Positions 42,080 through 55,457 of a DNA stretch of 64,000 nucleotides are shown here, piece by piece. The first letter of the stretch is position 1. Every line of letters begins with the position of its first letter. Source of the stretch: Schmidtea polychroa (lineage: Eukaryota); the NCBI GenBank assembly GCA_044892525.1, contig CM097885.1:52144001-52208000 (forward strand). The letters are read 5' to 3'. The notes under the pieces are model-generated. The model did no database searches, was not told where the DNA came from, and worked only from the letters and a program-made list of their open reading frames with translations. Position numbers and translations under genes: made by a program.

Positions 42080-42835
42080 TTATCACACTATAGTGAGGGG
42101 GTCTCGATGGTCCTGGGATTTTCAATACAAAAAATTTTTTTCAATACAAAAAGCTGGTCTACACTAAAAAAGCCAAGGAATTTTCAGACTATAGTGAGGA
42201 GGTCTCGATGGTCCTGGGATTTTCAATACAAAAAAATTTTTTCTATACAAAAACGATGGTCCTGGGATTTTCAATACAAAAAAAAAATTTCTATACAAAA
42301 ATCCGACTACCACTAAAAAGCATGGAATTTTCACGCTATAGTGAAGGGGTCTCGATGGTCCTGGGATTTTCAATACAAAAATCCTACTACCAATAAAAAA
42401 GCCAAGGATTTTTCAGACTATAGTGAGGTGAGTCTCCTTGGTCCTGAGAAATAGGTGGTCTACACTAAAAAAGCATGGTAATTTAAGGTCTCGGGATATT
42501 TTCAATACAAAAAGCTGGTCTACACTAAAAAAGCCAAGGAATTTTCAGACTATAGTGAGGAGGTCTCGATGGTCCTGGGATTTTCAATACAAAAAAATTT
42601 TTTCTATACAAAAACGATGGTCCTGGGATTTTCAATACAAAAAAAAAATTTCTATACAAAAATCCGACTACCACTAAAAAGCATGGAATTTTCACGCTAT
42701 AGTGAAGGGGTCTCGATGGTCCTGGGATTTTCAATACAAAAATCCTACTACCAATAAAAAGCCAAGGAATTTTCAGACTATAGTGAGGTGAGTCTCCTTG
42801 GTCCTGAGAAATAGGTGGTCTACACTAAAAACGTG
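42080..42835. repeat. Subterminal modular repeats (actatagtgagg..gtctcgatggtcctgggattttcaatacaaaa), including a 361-bp duplication
   Basis: Duplicated ORF pairs 42164/42525 and 42208/42569; mirrored at ~57870-58520; also present at ~60490-61440. Confidence 0.92.
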
Positions 42836-42839
42836 GTAA

Positions 42840-43625
42840 ATTTTTCAATTAAAGTAAATAATGGTCCAAATTTTAAAATTAAAGTAAATTATGGTTCTAA
42901 AAATTAGATTATAGTAAATTATGGCTCAAATTTTTAAATTACAGTAAATTATGGTCCTAAAAAATTAAATTACAGTAAATTATGGTCAAACATTTTAAAT
43001 TAAAAAAAACAATGGTTCAAATTTTTCAAATACAGTAAATTATGGGTCTAAAAATTAAATTACAGTAAATAATGGTTCTAAAAATTAAATTAAAGTAAAT
43101 TATTGTTCTAAAATATTAAATTACAGTAAATTATGGTCCAGATTTTTTACAATTAAAGTAAATAATGGTCCAAATTTTTAAATTAAAGTAAATTTAAGTT
43201 CTTAAAAATTAAATTACAGTAAATAATGGTCCAAATTTTTAAATTAAGTAATCAATGGTAAAAAATTTTAAATAAGTAAATTAAAGTAATAATTTTTAAA
43301 TTAAGTAATCAATGGTAAAAAATTTTAAATAAGTAAATTAAAGTAAGATTTTAAAATTTAATTACAAAATAATAGAAGGTGTTTGAGAATTGAAATTTTT
43401 TAATGAAAATTTTTATGAAATAATTTTTAAGTAATTTTTAATAGAAATTTTAATGAAATATTTTTCAATGGTAATTTTTAATGGAAATTTTTATGGAATA
43501 ATTTTTTAAGTAATTTTTAATGTAAATTTTTATGAAATATTTTTCAATGATAATTTTAGATGGAAATTTTTAAGATAATTTTTAATGAAAATTTTTATGA
43601 CATATTTATCAAAGACAAATTTTAA
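42840..43625. repeat. AT-rich ~30-bp (aaattacagtaaattatggtc) and ~10-20-bp (aatttttaatg) repeat zones
   Basis: Visible periodicity; mirrored at ~57020-57870 and repeated at ~61445-62190. Confidence 0.85.
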
Positions 43626-43634
43626 TAATAATTC

Positions 43635-45045
43635 AACAACAAACCAACAACTTAGTACCAACAACCAGTAACTTACGAACATATATTAACAACCAGATAC
43701 CTACAACTAGTTACTAACAACTAGTTACATGATACTAAGTAAATACAACCACCTAACAAGTACTAACAACCAAAAACAAGCAACCAACCAGGTACCAGTT
43801 ACCAACTACTAAGTACCTACAACCAACTAGTTACCTGATACCAAGTACTTACAACTAAATACTAACAACCAGTTACCTGATACCTAGTACTTAAAACTAG
43901 TTACTAACAACCAAAAACAAGCAACCAACTAGCTACCAAGTACTAACAATCAAAAACAACTAGCTACCAACTACTAAGTACCTACAACCACCTACCTATT
44001 AACTAGCTACCAAGTACTAACAACTAACAACAACCAGGTACTAGATACCAAGTACTAACAACCTACAACAACTAGGTACTAAGCATTATCAACCAAGTAC
44101 CTAAAACCACCTAACAAGTACATACAACCAACATCAACCAGGTACCTACAACTAGATACTAACAAACAGTTACGAAGTACCTACAACCACCTACCCATTA
44201 ACTAGCTACAACCAGCTAACAACTAACAACCAGATACCTACTACTTACAACCAACAACTAAGTACTAACAACGACCTAACAAGTACATACAACCAACATC
44301 AACCAAGTACCTAAAACCACCTAACAAGTACATACAACCAACATCAACCAGGTACCTACAACTAGATACTAACAAACAGTTACGAAGTACCTACAACCAT
44401 CTACCCATTAACCACCTAACAAGTACCTACAACCAACTACTAAGTACTAACAACCAAAAACAACCAACTAGGTACTAGATACCAAGTACTTACAACAAAC
44501 ATCAACCAAGTACTTACTACCAACTACCAAGTACTTACAACTAGTTACTAACAACTAGTTACCTGCTACCAAGTACTTACAATTAGTTACTAACAACCAG
44601 TTACCTGATACCAAGTACTTACAACCAACATCAACCAGGTACTAAGCATCATCAACTAACTACTAAGTACCTACAACCTACAACTAGATACTAAAAACCA
44701 GTTACCTGCTACCAAGTACTTACAACTAGTTACTAACAACCAACCAACTAGGTACTAGATACCAAGTACTAACAACCAACAACAACCAGGTACTAAGCAT
44801 TATCAACCAACTAGAGTACCTACTAAGTACCTACAACCAACTAACAACCACCTACCAAGTACTAACAACCAGTTACCAACTACTAAGCATTAATTACATA
44901 CAACTAGTTACTAACAACTAGATACCAAGTACATATAACCAACATCAACCAGGTACTAAGCATTATCAACCAAGTACTAACAACCAAGTAACTTACCTAG
45001 TACTAAGCACTGTCAACTAGATACCAAACACTTACAACCAGATGA
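43635..45045. repeat. Scrambled C/A-rich modular repeat (left arm)
   Basis: Built from short words such as accaagtact, aacaac, ctagttac and tacctac; G-poor on the + strand. Confidence 0.9.
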
Positions 45046-45332
45046 CCACATGAAATTATTGGTTAAATATGAAAATAAGGATTATATTTAGTTGTTTAGT
45101 AAATTATGGTGTAAAATTAAGAAATAAAGAATAATTAGGTAAATTAAGGATAAGTAAATTAAAGTTAAAAATTTTAAATTAAAGAAAACAATGGTTCAAA
45201 ATTTAAATTAAAGCTAAAGTAAGATTTTTAAATTTATTATCAAAAGATTGAATAACCACCAACTTTTTTGAGAAATGTAATTTATAATGAAAATTTAAAT
45301 GGAAATTTAAATGGAATAATAATAATAATAAT

Positions 45333-45400
<68 letters not shown>

Positions 45401-45817
45401 TACTAATAATTCAACAGTTACCAACAATCGGTTACTGATTATTTTTTAACTAGGTGCTAACAAATACTTACACCATGATACCACGTACTAACTAACTCTC
45501 AAACAACCAGATACTTACAACTAACTACTAAATATTCTTTATTGTATTTTATGAAATGCTTTTTAAATTAATTTTTTATCTATCTTCAAAAATATATTTA
45601 ATTACAATCATTAGAAAAACCTTTTCAAATTTAACAAAAATGTTGATTTTCATCAAAAAAACCACAACTCATCACCACGTGGAATTCAAAATAATTTTAA
45701 TTACAATGAAAGACTAATGAAATCTAATTTACAAAACATTCTTCTTTTAAATGATAACTTATTATTGCAATGTAAAAATCGCATTCAATAAATACTTATT
45801 GTTGATCAGTTTTATTA

Positions 45818-45935
45818 TATATACTCTGAGTTTATCCGACAGGATGTTTTGACCCCCTAAGGGTACAGGTCGTAAGGGTACTGGTCGTAAGGGTATTAGT
45901 CGTAAGGGTACTAGTCGTAGGGGTATTGGTAACAC
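45818..45935 (-). promoter_or_regulatory. Variant B of the conserved motif (outward-facing), with 15-bp tacccttacgac iterations
   Basis: Reverse complement reads taccc(ttacgacNNN)x4...tgtcggataaactcagagtatata; mirror copy at 54360-54478. Confidence 0.45.
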
Positions 45936-47669
45936 TCAACCCCCATCTACCCATTAACCACCTAACAAGTACCAACAACCAAGTCTCAAACAACTAAATA
46001 CTAAACACTAACAACCAACAACAACCAGACACTAAGCATTATCAACCTACAACTATATAACAACAATCAGTAAACAACACTGTACCAACTACCAAATACA
46101 AGAAACCAACAACTTAGTACCAACAATCAACTAACAACACATAAAAATAATAGCAATTAAATAAAAAAAATTATTCTTCATCGCATACACTATTTTCTTA
46201 TCAAAATCTAAAAAGTCAACCAACTACTTACAACCAACAACTATGTACTAACAAATTGATCTTTAAAAGCAAATACTCATCACTTGAAAAAATTAGATGA
46301 AAAATTAATTGAACTCAAGGCACTTTTAAGATATTTGAACTCAAGGCATCAATAACTTGGTAAAAATTGATTAAATTATTGTAAAAATTTAAATTATTCA
46401 AAATATACTAAATTAAAAAAATATAATTAATGGACAAGAAAGAACTTTAAATTCTAGTCATTGATCATTCAAGTTAATATGAATCAACTAAGATAATAAA
46501 TTAATAAGAATTTTGAAATAAGATCTAGTAGATAATTGATTTAGATTGAATAAATTAATTGAAATAAAATTAATTTTAATTATTTTTTTCTTAAAAGTAA
46601 TACATGTACTCAAATTGATTGACTAATTTCTCAATATATTCAAAAAATCTGTATGAATTCATTACAATTATCAAAGTCAGCAATCTACAATAAAAATAAT
46701 TATCATTAAATTTCAAAAGAGACTAGAAAACTAATGATAAAATCTATCAAACCAGTAAATTCATTTAAATGACAATAATTGGTATATCCAAGTGAATTCT
46801 CTAATAAAATCATCTAAAAAGCATCAAATTTCCCTGAAATATCTATATCTTTTAAGATTAGTATCTTATCGATAAGTACTTGTTAAAGATCATATATTCA
46901 CCTCAAACTAACAAGATTCCTTAAAATCCCTTAAATGGCTATATTTCAACCCTTAATTCGTATTATTACAAATATCATCTAAAAAGCATCAAATTTCATT
47001 GAAATAACTCTATCCTTAAAGATTGATATTTTAATGACAAGTACCCTTAAAAGGTTATATATTTACCTCAGACTAATAAGATTGCTTAAAATCCCTTAAA
47101 TGACTATAATTCTAACTTTAATTCGTATTATCACGAATATTTCCCTATAAAACATGTAAAATCATTAACCCTAAATAATTTATAAAATCTAATGATAAAA
47201 CTGGTTATAATTAATTTTTTGTTAATCACTGTACTCGATATTTTAAATAAATATTACTACAATATAACTGACTAGGTCCCATTGAAAGATTAAATTTATC
47301 CATTCAATAAAATATATTTCTTCAAATGATCATTTTTACCAATATTCAACCGATTTAATTACTAATTAAAATCAAGATTCCTTCCAATAAAGATCAATTT
47401 TATTTAGTCGATGTTTTAAGTCCATATTTCTAAACTTTTGTCATTCTCCGCCTAAATAAAGATAAAAATAAATTAAAGTTGATATCAATCCCATTTATCT
47501 GTAAAGTTTTCATCGTCAAAACCAAGTAAATCGACATTGTTCTAAAACATAAATCTAAATTCATATACAATGAATTAATCACAACCTAATAAAACAATAT
47601 AATTATTATTGATACATAACTGACTAATTGACATTTCCCTTAAAACATTGATATTTTACCAACAGCATA

Positions 47670-48110
47670 CTTAAAAAATCATATATTCCCATCTTAACCC
47701 ATCTCTCATTAAATTCAATCGACTATATCCCCCTTACAATGATATATTCCCAACTTATCTGATCTCTCATTAAAATCAATCGACTATATCTCCCTTACAA
47801 TGATATATTTCCATCTTATCTGATCTCTCATTAAATCTAACCGACTATATCCCCTTAAAAAATCATATATTCCCACCTTATCTGATCTCTCATTAAATCT
47901 AACCGACTATATCCCTTTAAAAATCATATATTCCCATCTTAACCCATCCCTCATTAAATCTCACCGACAATATCCCATCTTATCCGATCTCTCAGCAAAT
48001 ATTTCTACCCCCCTCATTAAATTTAACCGACAATATCCCATCTTATCCGATCTCTCAGCAAATAATTCTACCCTTTTAAACATCTATCCGATTATATCCC
48101 TTATTTTCCC
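47670..48110. repeat. ~61-bp tandem repeat
   Basis: gatctctcattaaatctaaccgactatatccccttaaaaaatcatatattcccatcttatct units; mirrored at ~52340-52670. Confidence 0.9.
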
Positions 48111-48849
48111 TAAAGATTCCGCCCACTTGAGCCCTTTAATATATATCAATCCTCTTAAAATCCTCAGAGAAATTCAAAAATATGACTTTTAATTAATTGT
48201 TATAGAACCAGACAAATAATAAGAGCCCATTAAAAGATCAAAATTCACTAAATTTTCTACAAATATTTACCATCAAATACTGGAGATGATATATATTGAT
48301 TGATCATAATTCTTCATCGATTCAGCCAATCATTTTCAAGCAATAACAGCAAACTAAATTTCTTTATATCCTACAATAATTATCACGTAAATTTAAAGTC
48401 ATTGATAAAGTTGGTTTCTTAGCTTATGTTTTTTAAAGATCATCAATGTGTAAATATTCTTAGAAAATTATTGAAAAATTATTTATTCAAATATATTACA
48501 AAGTTATCATCAGAAATTTATTCTATCACTTAATTATTAACCTAATTGTCAATGAAATTAATTTTTATTTAAAAACTATTCAATAAAATACAACTAATTA
48601 TCAAGAAATTAATTAAATTTATCAATTAAATTTATCACCATTAAAACTTTTAATCAGTCAACATGAAATTCTTAGAAAATTATTCAATATCCTCATCAAA
48701 ATTTATCCTACCACTTGATTATTGTACAAACTTTAATTATTAACCTCATTAAAAATAAATTTTTATTTAAAATTAAAAAACAAGTCAATAAAAATACATT
48801 CAATTATCAAGAAATTAATTAAATTTACCTTAGAATTAGCATTAAATTA

Positions 48850-49110
48850 CAGATATTCACAAAAATTACGGAAATTCATGAAAATAATGGAAATTCACAA
48901 AAATAATAGAAATTCACAAAATTGATAAAAATTCACAAAAAACGATAAAAATTCACAAGAATGATAGAAATTCACAAAAATAATAGAAATTCACAAAATT
49001 GATAAAAATTCACAAAAAACGATAAAAATTCACAAGAATGATAGAAATTCACAAGAATGATAAAAATCCACAAGAATAATAGAAATTCACAAAAAAGATA
49101 GAAATTTACT
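48850..49110. repeat. 19-20-bp tandem repeat (aaattcacaaaaatgatag)
   Basis: About a dozen units on the left arm; the mirror at ~51445-51570 is shorter and more diverged. Confidence 0.85.
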
Positions 49111-49194
49111 TGAATAAAACCATCAACTCTAAAATTTATCAATGAATGCCTTATACAAATTTGCCTAAATAATCATTCAAATAAAAACATTAAA

Positions 49195-49301
49195 TACCTT
49201 TACGACTAATACCCTTGCGACATGTTGAATGTGAGTAGTACCCTTGTGAGCAATACCCATAGGGGGACAGAATATTTTGTCGGATAAACTCAGAGTATAT
49301 A
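49195..49301 (+). promoter_or_regulatory. Variant A of the conserved motif (inward-facing, left arm)
   Basis: Near-identical to 2003-2094; mirror at 51250-51358 on the minus strand. Confidence 0.45.
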
Positions 49302-49803
49302 TTAATTAACTCATTTTTCATTGAATCAGTCAAATTATCATAAATTTCGATAAAAATTCTAAAGTGGTAAGCAATGTAAAGAGAAATATTCTTTAAACTT
49401 TGATAAAATTAACAATGAAGGTGGTAAGAATCTTCATTAAAGTGAGGAAATTATTCATTACTCGATTCAAATGGGTGAAAATAATTGGTAGAATAATTCA
49501 TTAATGGATCATTGAATGGGCATAGATAAGAAGAAAGTTGATAAGAATGGAAATATATTAATTGAATTTATTTAAAATTATTTCATAAAATTCATAAATT
49601 TAATAAAAAAAGAAATATTTGTGGGGAATAATTAATCAAAATCGGGGGGGGAATATAGGGATTAAATAGTAGAGAATAATAGTGAATATAAGTGAGGAGG
49701 ATATATAATTTAAGCTAGTTTATTACATAACAAGCCGTGACTAGTCTATTACATAACAACCCGCGACTATTTTATTGCATAACAAGCTGTGAATGGTATT
49801 TTA

Positions 49804-50767
49804 CCAACATTTTACTAAATTTTTAAAGTATGTAATTTAATTTTAATTATATTTTAAAATTGTATATATTTTCAATATCATTCTATTGTTTTATTCCAAT
49901 AATAAGTTTAAAAAGTATATAATGATTATTAAATTAATATCTTGTTAACATTTATTTGAGAATTTAAAAAACTTTACTTAAAATTTGTGAAGTATTTAAT
50001 TTTGATTGTATTTTATAAGACAAATATTTGAGTATTAACTTATTTTGATTGAAGTATCATATTTAATATTATGATGATTGTTTTCTAAATTAAAATATTT
50101 TAGTGTAAAATAGTAAATTTAATAATGAATAGAATACAATATTAAAGGACTTTTTGAAAAAAAAAGTAACTTTTAATATCTAATCAATAAGTTTTAAAAG
50201 TCTATAACTGATAATACACTTATTTCTTATTCACATTTACTTATAAAATTTATATTTTTAAATTTAGTGTAAAAGTATTTAATTTTTATTGTAATTTATA
50301 AAAATCATCTATTTGAATAGTTATCTTATTTTGATTAAAAAGGGTAATATAATTAATAATATGATAATTGTTTTTGAAATATTTAACGTAAAATAATAAA
50401 TTTATTAATAAATAGCTATTATTACAATATTAAAGGACTTAGTCATAATTTTGAAAAAAAAATAACCTAAGTTACTTTTTATTTCTATTACGTAATTCCG
50501 TCAATAAGTATGTAACTGGTAATAGATTAATTTCTTATTTACATTATTTGAAAATTTGAAAAACTTATAAAATTTATATATTTTAAATTTAGTGGAAAGT
50601 ATTTAATTTTAACTGAATTTTATAAAAAGGTATATAATTGATCTTATTTTGATTGAAAAGGGTAATTGATTTAGAAATTATTTAGTGTAAATCAAAACAT
50701 TTAAATTATTAAGGTATTAAAGTACTTATTCAAAAATTATAAAAAAGACCTAATCAATAATTTTCAA
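49804..50767. repeat. Central non-palindromic spacer made of about three diverged ~290-320 bp direct repeats
   Basis: Recurring aataagt..., agtatttaatttt..., cttattttgatt... and attaaaggactt blocks starting near 49900, 50185 and 50500. Confidence 0.7.
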
Positions 50768-53700
50768 TAAAATACCATTCACAGCTTGTTATGTAATAAA
50801 CTAGACGCGGCTTGTTATGTAATAAACTAGTTTAAATTATATATCCTCCTCACTTATATCCCCCGATTCTCTATTTTCCACTAATTATTATCACTTATAT
50901 TCCCCCCGATTTTGATTAATTATTCCCCACAAATATTTCTTTTTTTTATTAAATTTATGAATTTTATGAAATAATTTTAAATAAATTCAATTAATATATT
51001 TCCATTCTTATCAACTTTCTTCTTATCTATGCCCATTCAATGATCCATTAATGAATTATTCTACCAATTATTTTCACCCATTTGAATCGAGTAATGAATA
51101 ATTTCCTCACTTTAATGAAGATTCTTACCACCTTCATTGTTAATTTTATCAAAGTTTAAAGAATATTTCTCTTTACATTGCTTACCACTTTAGAATTTTT
51201 ATTGAAATTATGATAATTTGACTAATTCAATGAAGAATGAGTTAATTAATATATACTCTGAGTTTATCCGACAAAATATTCTGTCCCCCTATGGGTATTG
51301 CTCACAAGGGTACTACTCACATTCAACATGTCGCAAGGGTATTAGTCGTAAAGGTATTTAATGCTTTTATTTGAATGATTATTTAGGCAAATTTGTATAA
51401 GGCATTCATTGATAATTTTTAGAGTTGATGGTTTTATTCAAGTAAATTTCTATCATTTTTATGAATTTCTATTATTCTTGTGAATTTCCGTACTTTTTTG
51501 TGAATATGCGTAATTTTTGTAGATATCTATCATTTTCATGGATTTCTAACATTTTTGCAAATTTCATGTTTATTGAATGAATATTTAATAATTTAATGCT
51601 AATTCTAAGATAAATTTAATTAATTTCTTGATAATTGGATGTATTTTTATTGACTTGTTTTTTTTTTTAATTTTAAATAAAAATTATTTTCAATGAGGTT
51701 AATAATTAGAGATTTTACAATAATGAAGTGGTAGGATAAATTTTTATGAGGATATTGAATAATTTTCTAAGAATTTCATGTTGACTGATTAAAAGTTTTA
51801 ATGGTGATAAATTTAATTGATAAATTTAGTTAATTTCTTGATAATTAGTTGTATTTTATTGAATAGTTTTTAAATAAAAATTAATTTCATTGACAATTAG
51901 GTTAATAATTAAGTGATAGAATAAATTTTTGATGATAACTTTGTAATATATTTGACTAGATAATTTTTTTCAATAATTTTCTAAGAATATTTATCAATGA
52001 CTTTAAATTTACTTGATAATTATTGTAGGATATACAGAAATTTAGTTTGCTGTTATTGCTTGAAAATGATTGGTTGAATCGATGAAGAATTATGATCAAT
52101 CAATATATATCATCTCCAGTATTTGATGGTAAATATTTGTAGAAAATTTTAGTAAATTTTGATCTTTTAGTGGGCTCTTATTATTTAGCTTCTAAATTAT
52201 TTCAATGGAAGAATGCCTGGTGTCTTTAACAGTTTATGAAAATTCATACTTTTTGAAGTTCTCTAAGGATATTAAGAGGATTGATATATATTAAAGGGTT
52301 CAAGTGGGTGGAATCTTTAGGGAAATTAAGGGATATAATCGGATAGATGTTTAAAAGGGTAGAAATATTTGCTGAGAGATCGGATAAGATGGGATATTAT
52401 CGATTAGATTTAATGAGAGATGGGAATATATGATTTTTAAAGGGATATAGTCGGTTAGATTTAATGAGAGATCGGTTAAGATGGGATATTGTTGGTTAGA
52501 TTTAATGAGAGATCGGTTAAGATGGGGAAAATATGATCTTTTAAGGGGGATATAGTCGGTTAGATTTAATGTGAGATGGGTTAAGATGGGAATATATTAT
52601 TGTAAGGGAGATATAGTCGGTTGCTTTTAATGAGGGAAGGGTTTCGATGGGAATATATGATTTTTTAAGGGTGATGTTGGTAAAATATCAATGTTTTTTA
52701 AGGAAATTGCAATACATTAGTCAGTTATGAATCAATAATAATTATATCGTTTTATTAGGTTGTGATTAATGCACAGTAAATTATTTTAGAACAATGTTTT
52801 ATTAAGTAGGGATAATGATCGATTTACTTGGTTTTGACAATGAAAACTTTACAGATAATTGGGATTGATATCAGCTTTAAATTATTTTTATCTTTATTTA
52901 GGCGGACAACGACAAAAGTTTAGAAATATGGACTTAAAACATCGACTAAATAAAATTGATCTTTATTGGAAGAAATCTTGATTTTAATTAGTAATTAAAT
53001 CGGTTGAATATTGGTAAAAATGATCATTTGAAGAAATATATTTTATTGAATGGATAAATTTAATCTTTTAATGGGACCTAGTCAGTTATATTTATTTTAA
53101 ATTTCGAGTACAGTGATTAACAAAAAGTTAATTATAACCGGTTTTATCAATAGTGAAACATGTATGATAATAGGAATTAAAGTTAGAATTATAGTCATTT
53201 AAAGGGGAGTTTAAGCAATCTTATTAGTCTGAGGGGAATATATGATCTTTAACAAGTACTTATCATTAAAATATCAATCTTAAAAGATAGAGTTATTTCA
53301 GGGAAATTTGATGCTTTTTAGATGATTTTAGTGAAATATTTGTAATAATATGAATTAAGGGTAGAAATATAGTCATTTAAGGGATTTTAAGGAATCTTGT
53401 TAGTTTGAGGTAAATATATGATCTTTAACAAGTATTTATCATTACAATACTAATCTTTACATATTGATATATTTGGGAGGAAATGAGAAATTGGAGAATT
53501 CACTAGGATATACCAATTATTGTCATTTAAATAAATTTACTGGTTTATTAGATGTTATCATTAGTTATCTAGTCTCTTTTGGAATTTTATGATAATTATT
53601 TTTATTGTAGATTGCTGACTTTGATAATTGTAATGAATTTATACTGATTTTTTTTTGAATATATTGAGAAATCAGTCAATCAATTTGAGTACATGTATTA

Positions 53701-54915
53701 CTTTTACAAAAATAATTAAATTAAATTTTATTTAAATTAATTTATTCAATCTTAATCAATTATCTACTAGATCTTATCTTATTAATTTATTATCTTTGTT
53801 GATTCAACTTGAATGATCAGCATTTTTTTTTTATTTATTGGATGATTAGAATTTTTTCTTGTCCATTAATTAAATTTTTATGATATTTATTTTGAATAAT
53901 TTAAATTTTTACAATTATTTAATCAATTTTTACCAAGTTATTGATGCATTGAGTTCAAATAATTTTTCATCCAATTTTTCAAGTGAAGAGTATTTGCTTT
54001 TAAAGATCAATTTGTTAGTACATAGTTGTTGGTTCTAGGTAGTTGGTTGTTAGTACTTGGTACTTGGTAGTTGGTATCTGATTGACTTTTTAGATTTTGA
54101 TAAGAAAATAGTGTATGCGATGAAGAATATTTTGTATTTAATTGCTATTATTTTTATGTGTTGTTAGTTGATTGTTGGTACTAAGTTGTTGGTATCTTGT
54201 ATTTGGTAGTTGGTACAGTGTTGTTTACTGATTGTTATATAGTTGTAGGTTGATATTTGTTAATTTCTCGATGGGTTTTGATGGTGGTTGTTAGTAGTTG
54301 TTGTTTGAAACCTAGTGGTTAGTACTTAGTAGCTAGTTAATGGGTAGGTTGTGGTTAAGTGTTACCAATACCCCTACGACTAGTACCTTTACGACCAGTA
54401 CCCTTACGACTAATACCCTTACGACCTGTACCCTTAGGGCGTCAAAACATCCTGTCGGATAAACTCAGAGTATATATAATAAAACTGATCAATAATAAGT
54501 ATTTATTGAATGTGATTTTTACTTTGCAATAATAAGTCAGTAGTTATCATTTAAAAGAAGAATGTTTTGTAAATTAGAATTCATTAGTCTTTCATTGTAA
54601 TTATTTTGAATTCCACGTGGTGTTTTAAAGTGGTTGAGTTGTGGTTTTTTGATGAAAATCAACATTTTTGTTAAATTTAGACATTTTGAAAAGGTTTTTT
54701 TACTGATTGTAATTAAAATTATTATAGAAGCTGTATAAAAAATATTAATTTAAAAATCATTTCATAAAATACAGTGAAGAATATTTAGTAGTTAGTTGTA
54801 AGTATCTGGTTGTTTGAGAGTTAGTTAGTACGTGGTATCTAGTTGTAAGTATTTGTTAGCACCTAGTTAAAAAATAATCAGTAACCGATTGTTGGTAACT
54901 GTTGAATTATTATTA

Positions 54916-54993
<78 letters not shown>

Positions 54994-55457
54994 CATTTAA
55001 ATTTTCATTATAAATTACATTTCTCAAAAAAGTTGGTTATTATTCAATCTTTTGATAATAAAATTAAAAATCTTACTTTTATTTACTTATTACATTACTT
55101 ATTTAAAAATTATTACTTTAATTTACTTATTTAACTTTAATTTAAAATTTTTGACCATTGATTACTTAATTTTAAAATTTGGACCTTAATTTACTTATTT
55201 AAAATTTTTAACTTTAATTTACTTATCCTTATTTTGCCTATTTATCCTTTATTACTTAATTTTACACCATAATTTACTAAACAACTAATTATAAATCTTA
55301 TTTTCATATTTAACCAATAATTTCATGTGGTCATTGATTAATTGACGAAGATTTGCATCTTAAATTGACTTTAACTTTAATATTTTAGATCATTGATTAG
55401 TTAATTTAAAAATTAAACATTATTTTACCTATTTAACTAATAATTTCACGTGGTCAT

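Noticed and set aside
42080..42835. CRISPR-like repeat-spacer array
   Set aside because: The sequences between repeats are themselves repeated modules rather than unique spacers; there are no cas genes and the context is eukaryotic.
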